Shown piece after piece: positions 62,107-64,000 of a stretch of DNA of 64,000 nucleotides. Source of the DNA: Minutocellus sp. GHC0000111. Lineage: Eukaryota. Positions within the stretch are counted from its first letter, which is position 1. Each line of letters opens with the position of its first letter. Both the position numbers and the translations under genes were made by a program. The stretch lies in the NCBI GenBank assembly GCA_977018835.1, contig OZ361256.1, positions 5,642,001 through 5,706,000 on the forward strand, read 5' to 3'. The notes beneath the pieces are model-generated. The model was given only the letters and a program-made list of their open reading frames with translations. It ran no database searches and was not told the DNA's origin.

Positions 62107-62140
62107 CATTCTGGGGAGGATGTCATTCTGGGGAGGATGT
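62107..62140. repeat. 17-bp tandem duplication
   Basis: CATTCTGGGGAGGATGT twice. Confidence 0.85.
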
Positions 62141-62279
62141 CCTCGGAGGGCATGTACACAGATATGGTCTACCGGTAAATAATCAACTGCCTTTCTAAGA
62201 CAGTGCGTCCATCAACACAAAAGTTCTGAATGCGGCATACGTTCACATAGAAATAATTCATTTCTCATTCATTTATACT

Positions 62280-64000
62280 CTAACTCCAAATATCCATGAC
62301 AAACTTATTGCTTGTCTTCATTGCGTTCAGCTGCGCCTCGGCTTGCGCGAGCTTATCATCTCCATCGTACGATTCTGAAAGAATCTCAACAAGAGCCTTT
62401 TGCACATCCTTGGCCATGGCGTTGCCGTCGCCACAAACATAGATTGATGCTTTTTGGTCCAAGACCATGGATCGAACACGGTCTCCATTTTCCTTCAGCT
62501 TCGTTTGAACATAAGTCTTCTCAGCACCTTCTCGAGAAAATGCGGTCGAGAGATTGGCGAGGATTCCATCCTTCTCAAATTGAAGCATTTCATCCTGATA
62601 AAGCCAATCATGATCACGGTAGCGACAACCAAAGTAGAGGTCGATCTCGCCGACATTTTGTCCGTCCTGAAAGTCTACGCCAAGGTTAAGGCCCTTGCCA
62701 TCTTTCTGAGACACTGGGACATCATCTTCTTCGAGATCGTATCCACCCCGCCATGTGCCTTCGACGGATGTCTTGGCTGCTTGAGCCGCCTGGGTAGCGG
62801 CGATTTGACCTTGGCGGTGGGATACAAAACCCATAAAGGGCGCAACTCCAGTTCCTGGGCCAATAAGGATGAGCGGGGTTGATGGATCGGCAGGAAGGTG
62901 AAAGTCACCGGTTGGCTTGGGGAAGATCTTGAGTTTGGCCTGCTGCTTGGATGCTGATCCTGACAAGAACGAACAGCAAAGGCATTCGAGGTAACGAGTT
63001 GCCACGCCACGAATGCGACGCTGGCCAAAGCCATTGCCAGCCAGGGGTGGTGTGAGGTAATCGACGACAGAAAAGGCTACGGTCAGGGTAAGATTGTCCT
63101 TATTGGCCAGTGGGCTTGAAGTGACAGAGTAGTATCGTGGTGGGATTTTGGGCAGAGCGCCAATCAACCCCTCAAGTGTTACGTTTTCGTAGCACGAAGG
63201 AAACTCGCGAAGGATATCCACCACCGTTACGCGCTGTTCGTCGATGTACTTCTCGAAAAGCATCTCTCCTACGGTCGTCTTGGAGGACAAAATTCGAAGA
63301 GCTAGCTCCTCCTCGGGGTTGGAAGCGATTTGAGAGAAGAAAGACAAGAGGCGGCGATTCTTGATCGGGGACGACAGGTCAATGTGATTCTGCACCACAT
63401 CAGCTACAGTAGTAGCACTCTTTTCGTCGATGGAAACTTTTTGAGTTGGCGGGATTCCATTGTTATTTTGGAGCATCTTGAGGACGAAGGAGGTAGCCTG
63501 AGTAGGGTTGGGAACAATCAAACCTATGGAATCTCCAGGCTGATATTCGAGGGAGTAATCATCAGGGAGCTCCAGTGACATTTCAATAACGCGCTTCCCA
63601 TTGCGCTCAATTTCTTTGACGCCCTCGCCATCGAGCGGAAACCGAGAATCAACCAAGTCCATTGCGCGGCTGATTCCGTCATCAGAAGTTGTGCTCATAA
63701 TCTCGGCAACATCCTTTGCACCATCAGTTGTTGCGTTGGTCAAGTACCGAGCACCACGGATGGAGCTCTCGTAAGGATGGTTGATGGTATACCTAATATT
63801 GCTCGTCGAGCTGGTGGAAATAGTCATCCGGTCCAGCTCAGCCAGGTTCACATCTTGCTCAGCACCGCCCTCGCCATCCTCGGCGTGGTTAATCAACGCG
63901 CACGAAGAGAGGCTAGGGCCAAGCGAAGGGAGCGTATTGTATGGCACAGCCGGAATGCAATCTGAACTCGACAGTGACAATAGGGATCGAACTATTGAAA
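62280..64000 (-). CDS. Diflavin oxidoreductase (methionine synthase reductase-like), FAD/NADPH domains; 5' part outside window
   Basis: YQPGD, PRYYSVTSS, GVAT, LIGPGTGVAPFMGF, LYFGCR, TYVQ, IYVCGD and C-terminal DIWS. MTRR versus another CPR-family member is not resolved without the N-terminus. Confidence 0.88.
   Translation of the reverse strand, partial: SIVRSLLSLSSSDCIPAVPYNTLPSLGPSLSSCALINHAEDGEGGAEQDVNLAELDRMTISTSSTSNIRYTINHPYESSIRGARYLTNATTDGAKDVAEIMSTTSDDGISRAMDLVDSRFPLDGEGVKEIERNGKRVIEMSLELPDDYSLEYQPGDSIGLIVPNPTQATSFVLKMLQNNNGIPPTQKVSIDEKSATTVADVVQNHIDLSSPIKNRRLLSFFSQIASNPEEELALRILSSKTTVGEMLFEKYIDEQRVTVVDILREFPSCYENVTLEGLIGALPKIPPRYYSVTSSPLANKDNLTLTVAFSVVDYLTPPLAGNGFGQRRIRGVATRYLECLCCSFLSGSASKQQAKLKIFPKPTGDFHLPADPSTPLILIGPGTGVAPFMGFVSHRQGQIAATQAAQAAKTSVEGTWRGGYDLEEDDVPVSQKDGKGLNLGVDFQDGQNVGEIDLYFGCRYRDHDWLYQDEMLQFEKDGILANLSTAFSREGAEKTYVQTKLKENGDRVRSMVLDQKASIYVCGDGNAMAKDVQKALVEILSESYDGDDKLAQAEAQLNAMKTSNKFVMDIWS

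Noticed and set aside
1..64000. tRNA, rRNA, telomeric arrays or LTR retroelements
   Set aside because: None recognised by eye; a covariance-model scan would be needed to exclude small RNAs.

Overview
Eukaryotic nuclear DNA that looks like a diatom or related stramenopile. Evidence: short GT-AG introns, bipartite plastid presequences (xAF motif) on FtsZ, an LHC and a TPR protein, and diatom-style secreted proteins with RxL motifs. About 30 gene loci are present. They include PIKfyve/Fab1, a PDZ-containing Vps34-like PI3K, a cutinase/PETase-fold hydrolase, a bacterial-type beta-propeller, MATE, a membrane SET protein, an ICE2/NARG2-like protein, a sulfotransferase, an amine oxidase, leishmanolysin, Yip1, FtsZ, GH16, LHC, BUD31 and an MTRR-like reductase. 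There is also one decayed Tc1/mariner element with TIRs. The main patterns: (1) about 14 host genes carry frameshifts, nonsense codons or truncations, while most conserved housekeeping and plastid genes are intact. (2) Intergenic DNA is dense in chained TA-palindrome-TA motifs that resemble transposon excision footprints, often at gene-fragment breakpoints. (3) Several proteins have unusual domain insertions. A 4.8 kb direct duplication across a 200-N gap is probably an assembly overlap. All calls are from motif reading by eye; no database searches were run.
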